A stretch of 20,000 bases of DNA. Origin: Chiloscyllium plagiosum (taxonomy: Eukaryota). Made by a program: the position numbers and the translations under genes. Positions 9,360 through 20,000 of the stretch are shown here, one piece after another; position 1 is the first letter of the stretch, and every line of letters begins with the position of its first letter. The notes below the pieces were generated by a model, which saw only the letters and a list, made by a program, of their open reading frames with translations, was not told the DNA's origin and did not search any database. Location of the stretch: assembly GCF_004010195.1 (NCBI RefSeq), contig NC_057720.1, positions 36,907,838 to 36,927,837 on the forward strand, read 5' to 3'.

Positions 9360-10110
9360 GCTTTGAATGGACTCCATCCCCACAATGACTACTCCAGAGC
9401 CATTTCAAGGGCTGCCTCTCCCACGGAGACAGGCTGGGAAATACAACACCTGAGAAGGCCCTATCTCTTACATTATCCACTCTTCCATACTACAAAATTA
9501 AAAGAGAGGGACTTAACACAGTTCTACCTTCCCTCACCATTTCTCATGGTACAATCACGTGGGATGTGAATCTTCAGATGTTGCCTCTGCCACACTGGCA
9601 TTGGGGTTCCAAGCTAGGCCCACTGCTCTGTAATGCACTTGGGCTCACAATTCTCTGATGTGCAGGAGCAGAGTGCACCCTCAGCGGTTCAGCTCATGTG
9701 TATATTATTGACCATAGATCTGGAGACCTCACAACTGAATGTGGCATTACACTCACCAGCCAGATCTGAGTAGGTCACTAGAACTCCTCAAATGCTGCAT
9801 TGACTCAGGACCTGAGCCATCTAGAGCCATGCCTGCTCTGTCTAGCTGCATGGCTGATCTCCTTTGGTAATGTGTTACTTTTTCCCACCTCCTCTTTACG
9901 CGACTGAAAAACAGCGGGCTGCATTGGCATTGGTACCAGACCTGGTGCATTGCACTTTCTTTGCCGTCTCTGCAACTACAATAGGGGTGCCATTTGAGCT
10001 TTAATTTGTGCTAGCTGATTGCGATGCTTGCCTCCACCCTATGCCAACAGCCCAATTGAAGGTCATCTCAACTTCCAGCCAATTAGCAGCCTTCGCTGCC
10101 AATATTGCAT
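9360..10110 (-). mobile_element. Possible decayed PIF/Harbinger-type DNA transposon remnant (Myb/SANT-like exon)
   Basis: GC-richer block. ORF 9753-9950 ends SDLLRSG, followed by a minus-strand gtgagt donor near 9751-9756. This recalls the 'NDLLRSA|gt' end of Harbinger Myb/SANT-like exons. Recall only. Confidence 0.3.
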
Positions 10111-10111
10111 T

Positions 10112-11689
10112 AGATCATAAGACCATAAGACATAGGAGCAGAATTAGGCCATTTGGCCCATCCAGCCTACTGTGCCATTTGATCACAGCTGACATGTTTT
10201 TCAGCACCATTCTCCTGTCTTCTCTCCATAACCCTTGATTCCCCAATCAAGAATCCATTGTTCTCAGTCTTAAATGCACTCAATGACTTGCCTTCACAGC
10301 CTTCAGCGGTAATGAGTTCCACAGATTCGCCAATCTTTGGATGAAGGAATTCCGCCTCATCCCAGTTCTAAAGGGTCATCTATTCAGTCTGAGGCTGTGC
10401 CCTCACATCCTAATCTCTCCTAATGATGGAAACATTTTCACATCCACTCCATCCTCAGGCCTCTCAGTATTCTGTAAAGTTCAATGAGATCTCTCCTCAT
10501 CCTTCTAAACTCCATCAAGTACAGACCCAGAGTCCTCAACCACTCCACATATAACAAGCTTTCCATCTCCTGGGTCATGCCTGTAGGCCTGCTCTGGAAC
10601 ACCTGGAATTCTAGCACAACCTTCCTTAGATACAGGGCCCAAAACTGTTCACAATATTCCAAATGCAGTCTGATCAGACCCTCACATAGCCACAGTAGTA
10701 CATTGCTGCTCTTATATTCTAGCCCTCTTGTAATCAAAGCTAGCCTTGCATTTGCCTTCTTACTGACAACTGAACCCAATTGTTAATCTTAAAAACATCC
10801 TGCACTAGGACTCCCAAGTCCCTTTGTGTTTCAGACTTCTGAAGCCTTTCTCCATTTTGAAAATAGTGCATAGCCTCACACTTTCCCACATTGTAGCCCA
10901 TCTGCCACTTCTTTGCCCATGCTTCTAACATGTCTAAGTCCTTCTGCAGCCTCCCCACCTTCTCAACACTACCTGCCCCTCCACCTATCTTTGTGTCATG
11001 TGCAAACTTAGCAATAATGCTGTCAGTTCCTTCTTCCAGATTCTTAATGTGTAATGTAAATGGTTGTGGTCCCAGCACTGACCCCTGTGGAACTCTGTTA
11101 ATCACTGGCTACCATCCTTTATGCCTATTCACTGCCTTCTGCCAGTCAGCCAATCTTCTATCCATGGCAGTACCTTGCCCCTAACATCATGGGCTCTTAT
11201 CTTAGTTAGCAGCCTCCTATATGGCATCTCATTAAAGGCCTTCTGGAAGTCCAAATAAATCAAGTCCACTGGCTCGCCTTTGTCTAACTGGTTCATTTCC
11301 TCCTAAAAAATTTCTAACAGATTTGTCAGGTATGACCTCCCCTTGATGAAGCCATGCTGACTCAGCCCTATTTTACTATGCACTTGCAAGATTTCCACGA
11401 TCTCATCCTTAAAATGGACTCAAAAATCTTACCAGTGACCAAGGTCAGGCGAATCAGCTTATAGTTTCCTGTCTGCTACCTCCCTCTCTTTTTAAACAGG
11501 GGTATTGTAATACTGACTTTCCAGTCCTCTGTGACCCTCCCTGACTCCAGTGATTCCAGAATAATTGCTACCAATGCCTCCACAAGCTCCTCAGCTATAT
11601 CCTTCAGAAATGTGGGATGTAGTCCAAATGGTACAGGTGATGTATCCACCTTCAGACCTTTCAAATTCCCCAGAACCTTCTCCTTAGTA
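10112..11689 (-). mobile_element. CR1-clade LINE, 5'-truncated (RT domain to 3' tail), frameshifted
   Basis: SGRVTEDWKVSITIPLFKKRGR, VPQGSVLGPQPF, AKFAHDTKIGG (catalytic FADD mutated), HLEYCEQFW, RRMRRDLIE. Tail cataagaccataagacatagg. Confidence 0.93.
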
Positions 11690-11867
11690 TTGTGGGTCTA
11701 AAATCAACTTGGTCATGGGTCAGGCCAAATAGGTATTCCTAACATCAACGTCCCAATCTAAGAAGGATAGTCATGTCCTTGGCCAGAGAATATAGGATGA
11801 TGCTGTTGTGAATTGATAGTATCTGTGATGAGTTCAGGTTGGAACTGAGTATCTGGTGTGCTTTCAG

Positions 11868-12090
11868 TGAGGGCAGACCATAAATGTTCAACTATCTCCA
11901 GAGAGTCTGAAGATTTCATCTCTGTCTTAATAGAGAAAGAGAACAGAGTTTTTACTTGGAAATCAGCTTTGCAGAAGCAATGGTTTAAATCAAAAATGAT
12001 TCTTGAAATTGAACTTTTCTATCACCTCAATGCGACAATAAATTCTGAAAAAGCTATACAAATGTGGTGCAGGGATGACCTACTGACAGG
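11868..12090 (+). CDS. Candidate coding exon, unidentified protein (RADHKCSTISRESEDF...WCRDDLLT)
   Basis: Lies within ORF 11858-12172 in non-repeat DNA. Acceptor gtgctttcag (11867); donor gttggt at 12091. Confidence 0.35.
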
Positions 12091-12654
12091 GTTGGTGATA
12101 TTAGCCCATTTCTGCCAGGACGTGGTTGGGAAATTTCACTTGCTGGTTATTAAACCATTTGTAAAAATATAACTTTAGGCTGTGAGAAAAATATTTCAAT
12201 AAATTAAACCCAAATTTAGTTCAGCTTGATCCTTTTTTGACATAGAAGCTTGGTTTACAACCTTTTCTATTTTATTTGAACTTTACAAACAAAGCTGAGA
12301 AAATGTAAATCTCTTCTAAGCTACAACTCATAAGTTTATTTTATTACTTAGCCATTTGCATTGGTCAAGTCAGACCCAGCATCATTGGTGATATATATGT
12401 GCAAATGCTTTATACATTTATATGACATTCTTCTATCTGATACTTTGTTGCTGTGATTAACCCATTTATTTTAAATAGTTAACTCCTCTGTCAAAATGAT
12501 GGCCAGAATATCATATGATGTGTTATAATGACACTACAGTAACAGGCAATAATTTCCAGATACGTTGCTTCTTTATGCTGACAGCATTTGCCTATTGAAC
12601 CAGTAAATGGGGCTGATATACTAAAAAGTGTTCTGAACGTGTGCTATACAGGAT

Positions 12655-12735
12655 TCAAAACATTAACTCTGTTTCTCCCTTCACAGATGCTACCAACCCT
12701 GTTGAGTTTCTCCAGCACTCTTTGTTTTTATTTGA
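12655..12735 (+). mobile_element. Older Penelope-like pLTR remnant
   Basis: 'caaaacattaactctgtttctcc...cagatgctaccaaccctgttgagtttctccagcac' parallels 415-472 (gaaatgtcgactctcc...gatgttgtctgacctgttgtgcttttccagcac). Confidence 0.55.
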
Positions 12736-12889
12736 TAGATTCTTGACTTACTTGAGTTCATTTCTGTACAAGCCTATTTAATTGCTCTCTAATACAGTAA
12801 AAAAAAGATGATCTTCATTTGTTTTGCATTTATTGAACTTTAATACCTTGTAACTATATATGAATATGTGATTTTCTTTCTGGTTGTAG

Positions 12890-12934
12890 GTGCTGGATTT
12901 GGGGAGGGAAATAGTTATAAGTTTGCTTACCTAG
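12890..12934 (+). CDS. Candidate 45-nt exon (AGFGEGNSYKFAYL if phase 1 to phase 1)
   Basis: Acceptor ttttctttctggttgtag; donor AG|gtgact; length is a multiple of 3. The other two frames contain TAG. Confidence 0.3.
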   Translation: MLDLGREIVISLLT

Positions 12935-15315
12935 GTGACTGATGTTAGTCTTGGAGAAAGTGCAAGTTTTTATTTTTAAGATATCACAAGCAATTTGATT
13001 CTCCTTCTGTATTTACTACCTGCCAATGAAATAGTGGGAAAGTGGCAAAACATAAGCAGTAATCAGGGAATGATAGAGAACCATGATGTTCCTGTAATGA
13101 TAATCTTTAGCACTCAGACAGTTATCGAGATTCTTTAGGGATATAAATGTTGCAATCAAGACAGAAAAGAGACAAATATTTGTGAGGTCTTTAGAAAGAC
13201 AAAGATGTTAGAAGTATCCTGCATACTTTTAATGTGGAGTCTGGAAATGTCCTTGGCTGCCTCCAGCTTCATAATCAGTACACCTCAAACACTCAGGTAC
13301 AGCGATCCAAATTTGGTCAGACATAGAACAGTTTTTTTCCTGAATACATCTGTCTCAGGGAAAGTCATCATTCCAAAGGGTCATCAAACAGGCATTAAAT
13401 CCTTTATCTATGAACTTGCAGACTGTCAGATATTGCAACACTTACCACCTGCTATCCCACTTCAACCCTCTTTCCCCTTTGTTTCTATGGATGGACCTGA
13501 TGGATCAACCGTGTCCCATTCCCTTGAAGGACCTATCCAGACAGCCCCGGATGGGATGTCCCAGGCCTCCTGCTGGTGGCTGTACATTTACCCAATTCTG
13601 GGAGTACTAGCCCCAAACTTGCCACTGTAGAGCTACAGGACTGACCTGGACTGCAGAGGCACGGTTAGCCTCACCATTAATATCCTGAACAGATTCCCTT
13701 AACATCCTGAACAGTAGCCAAGTCCCTGAACGGGTATGGGAAGTTTCCTTTAACTTACTGTGCTGGATCCCCTGATTGACAGGTACCTCCATAGACTTCA
13801 GTGAGGACTACTCCCCAAAAACTTTGAGACAAGCTTGTTTACTGCACATACGGTGTGTTTGCTGTGTAAGCTGCTGGCACATCATGCAGATGTGAGGTTG
13901 ACATAGCACACTGCTGTACAGTAAGATATATGCCCTCATGACTGAGAACTGCTGCTCACTGGCAAAGAAGGTACCTGGTCTGTGTTTGCAGTAATTGGCA
14001 TGGTAAGGCACAGATTCTGCGAGCGTATTGATAGGTGCTAAGTGAGCAAGCACTAAGCGAGCAAGTTACCAGGCCTGAGATGCAGGCTGGTCTAATCCAT
14101 GAGATGGGTACCTGTTTGTGTGGCAGCCTTTCATTGCAAAGTACCAGTGTGCACTGCAATGTAAATCTGTGTTTCCAGGGTTCACTGCCATGATGGTAGG
14201 GAGGGGTTGGCAGATGCTGAATATCAATGCCTATGGACAAGGGGTGCATGCGATGGTGTCCATGTCCTGCCCTACAATGTAATTTGGTCATATTCAACAT
14301 GAAGTTTGCTTGGAACAGGCAGTGAGCTAAATCTGCCAGGTACCCATTTTGGTTTCCATGTCGGGTTTTCTCAATGTCTAGTTTTTTTGGTTCATTTGGT
14401 AAGATGGAAAGCTGAATATTAATGAGGCAAATTTGGCCATCAACTAGGTGTTTTAACAAGCAATAATTGCCATTAATGGTTGCTGCCTCGTGAAAAATTG
14501 ATCACGTAGTTTGTGAGAAGCATAAAAGTTGGCACAAGATGCTCCCAATGTCCAGGTGGGTCTTGCTGGACTTCACATTTGGCCATGTATCTCATCTTAG
14601 CCCACATCACTCAGACTCCTTTAAGATTCTGCCCCTTGTTTTGTATTTGTCATTTGTTTGGAAAATTAAGCATGAATACCCATTTCTAAACATTTCAGGA
14701 TGTAAACCATTTTAGAAGACCAATGCCAGTAGATTAAATAGAGACATAAGCATGGTCCATGGAAACTATCTTATTCTGTATATCATATTTTGAGCATGCA
14801 TTACATATCTGGAATCTGGAACTTCATTGTCAATCAGATTGAACCTCTGCCAGTTAGCCAGCAGCTTGGTTTCTCAAAAGACAGCTGGTTCATCATACAT
14901 TCACTGTGGAGCAACAGCAGTATGAGTCTGGCTATTCCAGGACAGATTCTATAACAATGCTGGAAGTATGGTTCGGATTATCTAGGTTCCACCAATTTTC
15001 ATGGTCACTCTACATTGTAGGGGTTCACGAACAGCATTTTCAAAAACTCATGTTTCAGTAAATAATGGTTAACTGTGCAACTAAACTGAAGTTAAATTAT
15101 ATTTGAAGCAAACTATAGTCTAGGGGAAAGTTCCAAAAGTGTAAAAAAAAAATTCCCAACTGGTATTGCATGCTTTAATTTTATTTTTTTTAAAATATGG
15201 ACTTTTCAAGTTCTTCTGTAGTAGCCGTTGAGCTCTTGGCAAAACTGTTCCATTTACAAATTGCCAAAGAATGCACCTTGCTGGATTGTGATGTGTGTGA
15301 CAACCTTGTTATTTA

Positions 15316-15872
15316 ATAGAATCGTCAAGTCATAAAGATGTACAGCATGGAAACAGACCCTTCGGTCCAACTTGTCCATGCCAACCAGATATCCCAATCC
15401 AATCTAGTGCCACCTGCCAGCACCCGGCCCATATCTCTCCAAACGCTTCCTATTCATATACCCATCCAAATGCCTCTTAAATGTTGCAATTGTACCAGCC
15501 TCCACCACTTCCTCTGGCAGCTCATTCCATACACGTGCCACCCTCTGTGTGAAAAAGTTGCCCCTTAGGTATCTTTTATATCTTTGCCCTCTCACCCTAA
15601 CCTTATGCCCTCTAGTTCTGGACTCCCCGACCACAGGGAAAAGACTTTGCCTATGTACCCTACCCATACCCCTCATAATTTTGTAAACCTCTATAAGGTC
15701 ACCCCTCAGCCTCCGACGCTCAAGGGAAAACAGCCCAAGCCTGATCAGCCTCTCCCTATAGCTCAACTCCTCCAACCCTGGCAACATCCTTGTAAATCTT
15801 TTCTGAACTCTTTCAAGTTTCACAACATCTTTCCGAGAGGAAGGAGACCAGAATGGCACGCAGTTTCGCAAT
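15316..15872 (-). mobile_element. Relatively young CR1 (HER1-like) 3' fragment with uninterrupted ORF2 C-terminus
   Basis: ORF 15404-15877: FWSP...LERVQKRFTRMLPGL...LERRRLRGDLIEVYKIM...FFTQRVARVWNELP. 3' UTR 15316-15403. Confidence 0.95.
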
Positions 15873-16944
15873 AGCATTTAGTTATGGAATTTCAATTAAT
15901 TAATCTCACAAAACTTTATCATGCCTTTCAAGACCTAAAATCCAAGCAAGGCACATATTTTCCATAAGCTGCCTCTAATGTCTCACCATGATTAGTAAAT
16001 CCAAGGGAAAATGGAAGAACTTTGGAATTTCTCAGGAGTTGTTGAATGTGAATTTCCTCCACAATATATATAGGTATTTGTCTGATAATTAAAGTGAGAG
16101 ATACCTTTTTGGACTAACCTTCTTTTTGTCACTGTTTGTTTATTAATTTCTGAACTTCCTTCGCTTATTGTTTTTAATTAATATCACTCTTGCTCCATGC
16201 ATTCCTATTAAACCAAGGCTCATCACACTGTCTCACACCAGGGTTGATCACATTTTAGCAGTTTCTATGCTTCTGGTGCTGCTGTAGATACAACCACCAG
16301 TAGAAGGGATTAATTTTCATTTCCCTATTGTGAGGTCTGGCTAAGAGTCAATAGTTTGATTTGGGGCAAGTCAGAGAGAAGATGTTTCAATAATGCTGCT
16401 TTGTGCAGTTGATGAACAACTGTACTATACTCGTTTAACATGACTTATTTTGCCAGAAACAAAGAAAATTGCACAACTTCTCTGAATATTTTCCATTAAG
16501 TATTCTAGCATTGTGCAAAGGGATCAATAATTGACTACATCTGTGGCAGCTTCAACTAAAATTGCTTCAGTTTGGTGTACACCATGCACCAATATAAGAG
16601 AAAGTTGTAACTTGAACATATGCTATGAGTTGAGAGCTCTTTATAAACAATAAAAGAAGTGGCTTGAAAAAGAGCTATAATGTGAACTCAGGTTTAGAAA
16701 CAGTTCCAAAGATGATGTCATAATTGCCAACACTCACCCAAAGTGTACATAATTGTATAATGTCATTGCCATATGGAAACATCACTGTTAAAATACTTCA
16801 TTCCACCATTGAAAGCTTTTAAGAAAAGTTCTTTATTGCCTTATTTTATAGTGAAAACCTTACAAAGTCATGAATATATTTCCATTAACCATTCCCCCAA
16901 TTTTGAAAACTAATGTTTTTTCATCGCGTCTATTAGGCATGTAT

Positions 16945-17370
16945 TTTTTCATTTGTTCAAAGGAATGTGGGTGTTACTGGCTTGGCAAGCATTTATTGCC
17001 CATTCCAAATTGCTCGAAAAAAGGTGGTGGTGAGATGTCTTCTTGAGCTGCTACTGTCCTTGAGGTGAGGTAACACACAGTTCTATCAGGAAGGGAGTAC
17101 TAAGATTTTGAAGGTATAGTTCCAATTTAGGATGGCGTGTGACTTGATGGTGCTCCATTTATCTGCTGCCCATGTCCTTCTGGGTGTTGGAGGTCAGGGT
17201 TTTGGAAGATTATATCAAAGGAACCTTGGAGAGTTGCTGCAATGCATCTTGTAGATGGTACACAATGCTGCCACTGTGGGTCAGTGGAGAAAGAAGTGAA
17301 TGCTGAAGGTAGGGGATAGGGTGGCAATTAAGCTGGTTGATTTGTCCTGACTGGTGTCACGCTTCATGTA
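16945..17370 (-). mobile_element. LINE 3' fragment of a different CR1/L2-group family
   Basis: Reverse strand gives QDKSTSLI...IHFFLH and TVAALCTIYKMHCSNSPR, resembling the 'HSLHHRRTVAA' type ORF2 C-terminus. Confidence 0.65.
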
Positions 17371-17381
17371 AAGACCTGTAG

Positions 17382-17523
17382 ATAAGATCATAAAGTCATA
17401 AGAGATAGGAGCAGAAATTAGGCCACTCAGCCCATCGAGTCTGCTCTGCCATTCAATCATGGCTGATAAATTTCTCAATCCCATTCTCCTGCTTTCTCCC
17501 TGTAACCCTTGATCCCCTTGACA
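17382..17523 (-). mobile_element. CR1 3' UTR/tail fragment
   Basis: 'cataagagataggagcagaaattaggccactcagcccatc...aacccttgatcccc' is closely similar to 10112-10245. Confidence 0.85.
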
Positions 17524-18312
17524 CGGGCAATGTTTTAAGATGTTGATGAAGAATTGCGCCTTTGACTTTGTTTAAATGAAGGAACTCTGGATCAGTTGGG
17601 TTGGATTATCATTTCAACAGGGGGTATGTGCTGAGGTTAGAAAAATGTATCAATCAGATCAGTTTTGTACTCCATGAGAGCATCACTACAGACTATATAT
17701 ATCGTGCAGAGGCAGACCTGGTGTCAGGGTAGGAAGGAGTATTTGAGGCTCTGTCTGGGGGCTGGGTCAAGAAATGAGAAGTGAAAGCACTTTGAAAGGA
17801 GACCACACTGCTATATGTCTTTTCTCCATTTTTCCTTTCATAGTCTATGTGCACTTCTCTGTTAGCTAAAAGCTGGAGAGCACTCATACTTGGCTATACG
17901 TCAGTGAGGCATTGAGCTGCCAAGGAAACATTTTGTTTCATTTTTAAAAAAGTGATAGAGTGTGCAGTGCATTTGTGTAGGCAAACATATGCTTGGTGGT
18001 CAGCCACATCTAGTTCAGCATGAATGTGGCCATCCACACAAAGTTCTGGGACATCATGGCATTAATGCTGAGGTGCAAAATCCTCCCTATCGCTCTTTAA
18101 CTACTTCTGGAAATGCTGATAGATGCATATATATTCCCCATTACTCTCCACAGGTTCCATTTTCATGGATGACTCCTGAGGAGTCTATGTCATGCTGGAC
18201 AGAGCATTCTTTTGCATCATGGTCAGGTTAGTTAGGCTTTAGGTTCCTCTCCTGATTCTCTGATCTCTCTGAAGTTGTGCACTCTCTTCTCCTGCATTAT
18301 AGAATTATGCAG

Positions 18313-19062
18313 CATCAGCACATGAAAGGACAATCATGTTTGACAAATTAATCAGAATTTTTTGAAGATGTAAAGTGCAGAGTCGATAAAAGGGAACCTG
18401 TGTATATATTTTATTTTTATTTCAAAAGGCCTCCATTAAAGTGTCATGTAAAAGGTCACTAAGCAAGAGGAGGAATTCTGGTTGGGGATAATATATTATC
18501 ATGGATTGTAACTAATAAGGAATGCAGAGCCAGGATAAATGAGTCCTTTTCAAGTTGGCGGTCTATACTTAGGAGAAGGCCATAAAGGTCAATGTGGCGG
18601 CATCAACTACTCATGATCTGCATTAATGATTGAGAAGGAAAGAACTGAGAGTGTTGTAGCCAATTCCCTTCGCAATACAAAGAGAGATAAAGAAAGAAGG
18701 TTGTGAAGAAAACCCAGAGTCTGTCAACAGGTACAGATAGGTTAAGTGAGTGAGTGGATATTTGGCAGATGAAGTATACTGTGGGAAAATGTGAGGAATC
18801 TTATGCTGCAGAGAGATCTGGGTATCTTCATCCGCACACCACAATAAAGTTTGCATCTAGTTACAGCAGTAATTAGAAAAGAAAAATAGAATGTTAGCTT
18901 TCATTGCAAGTGGAATGGATTATAAAAGTGTGGCAGTGTAGCTATCACCGTATAGGCACTGGTGAGACTGCACCAAGAGTACTGCATACAGTTTTGCCTT
19001 CCTTATTTCTGAGAAATATACTTGCATTAAAAGCAATTCGGAGAAGGTTCACTGACTTGATT
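18313..19062 (+). mobile_element. Old CR1 RT fragment, heavily decayed
   Basis: MKGQSCLTN*SEFFEDVKCRVDKREPV, then recognisable degenerate CR1 stretches (tggcagatgaagtatactgtgggaaaatgtgag; ctggtgagactgcac; gagaaggttcact). Confidence 0.85.
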
Positions 19063-19064
19063 GT

Positions 19065-19689
19065 TGTTAATTAAGCAATCTATACTACTGCTTATTGTGC
19101 TATATGAGCTCTCTGCCCTACTGCTCATTGTAAGGTAGATTTACTGCAACCAGCCTCTTTCAGGGTAGGGATCTACAACATTTCCTTTGTTTTGAATTGT
19201 AGAGGAAATCCATATGGTAGTCAAATAAGATGTGGCTCTTGTCTTAAACAAGATGTAGTTTATTGTATTGATGTGATAGGTGTTTTTGAAGCTAATGGAT
19301 AATGAAAGGGATTTATCTATGAGCTAATATGCCCAATCTGGTATATCGTAGTCACAGAATTGAGTTGGAGGCTTTCCACAGTGGAAGTCAGGCAGCTACT
19401 GTTGGAGCAGTAGCTATCTGACTCTGGGATGGGTTCCTGATAGAGGTACATGTGTCTTCTCTATCTTTAGTTAGTAATAGTTAATATACCTCAGAGTTAG
19501 TATAATGTGTATATTGTTACTGCTTTGTTATTAAACTTATTTTGTTACAAAAGGTAAACTCTCTTCTGCTGAAATTGTTTTCATGGTCCATCTTCACCAC
19601 ACTCTACTGAATAGATCTTTGGTCCTTGAGACTATACTCAAATCCAATCATAAGCTGCTGGTAGTTGCTTTTCCAGGCATCACGCCACA
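19065..19689. mobile_element. Possible solo LTR
   Basis: TG...CA termini flanked by ttgt (19061-19064 / 19690-19693). ATTAAA at 19530-19535. Begins where the CR1 similarity stops. Confidence 0.3.
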
Positions 19690-19734
19690 TTGTATTAGGA
19701 GGCATTGTTACTGAGGCTATGACAAAGACACTGC

Positions 19735-20000
19735 TGAAAATGTGTTGCTGGAAAAGTGCAGCAGGTCAGGCTTCCAAGGAACAGGAGAATCAACGTTTCG
19801 GGCATAAGCCCTTCTTCAGGAATGAGGAAAGTGTAGGGAGGAGAAAAGGTAGGGAGGAGGGACTTGGGGGAGGGGCGTTGGAAATGCGATAGGTGGAGGG
19901 AGGTCAAGGTGAGGGTGATAGGCCGGAGTGGGGTGGGGGCGGAGAGGTCAGGAAGAAGATTGCAGGTTAGGAAGGCGGTGCTGAGTTCGAGGGATTTGAC
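19735..20000 (-). mobile_element. Penelope-like element 3' region/pLTR (family A), continuing beyond the window
   Basis: 19735-19823 is near-identical to 7136-7227 and carries the minus-strand CUGAAGA-a-GGGC-uuau-GCCC-GAAA-C-GUU core. It is followed by a purine/G-rich tract absent from the mini-copies. Confidence 0.75.

Noticed and set aside
13205..13630. 141-aa ORF as a gene
   Set aside because: It straddles a compositional boundary and has no recognisable domain.
14859..15061. Open frame RQLVHHTFTVEQQQYESGYSR... as an exon
   Set aside because: Short enough to be random, and the splice sites are weak.
15315..15877. TSD aatagaat/aatagcat around the CR1
   Set aside because: Short, imperfect, AT-rich and overlapping the tail repeat.

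Overview
Eukaryotic, AT-rich, CpG-depleted, repeat-dense vertebrate DNA. The repeat content resembles a cartilaginous fish (shark) genome; this is inferred from recalled repeat families, not from a search. It is probably an intronic stretch of an unidentified + strand gene, with a few low-confidence candidate exons. Most ORFs in the track are fragments of decayed non-LTR retrotransposons: a near full-length Rex1/Babar LINE, several CR1 fragments, an RTE fragment and tRNA/Deu-type SINE remnants. The most notable signal is a set of short Penelope-like terminal-repeat (pLTR) insertions carrying minimal hammerhead-ribozyme cores (CUGANGA...GAAA). Three of them (305-517, 3082-3224, 7136-7269) contain inverted segments and are flanked by target-site duplications (TSDs), and one of these is nested inside the Rex1 reverse transcriptase. 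No intact protein-coding gene or prokaryotic system is visible.
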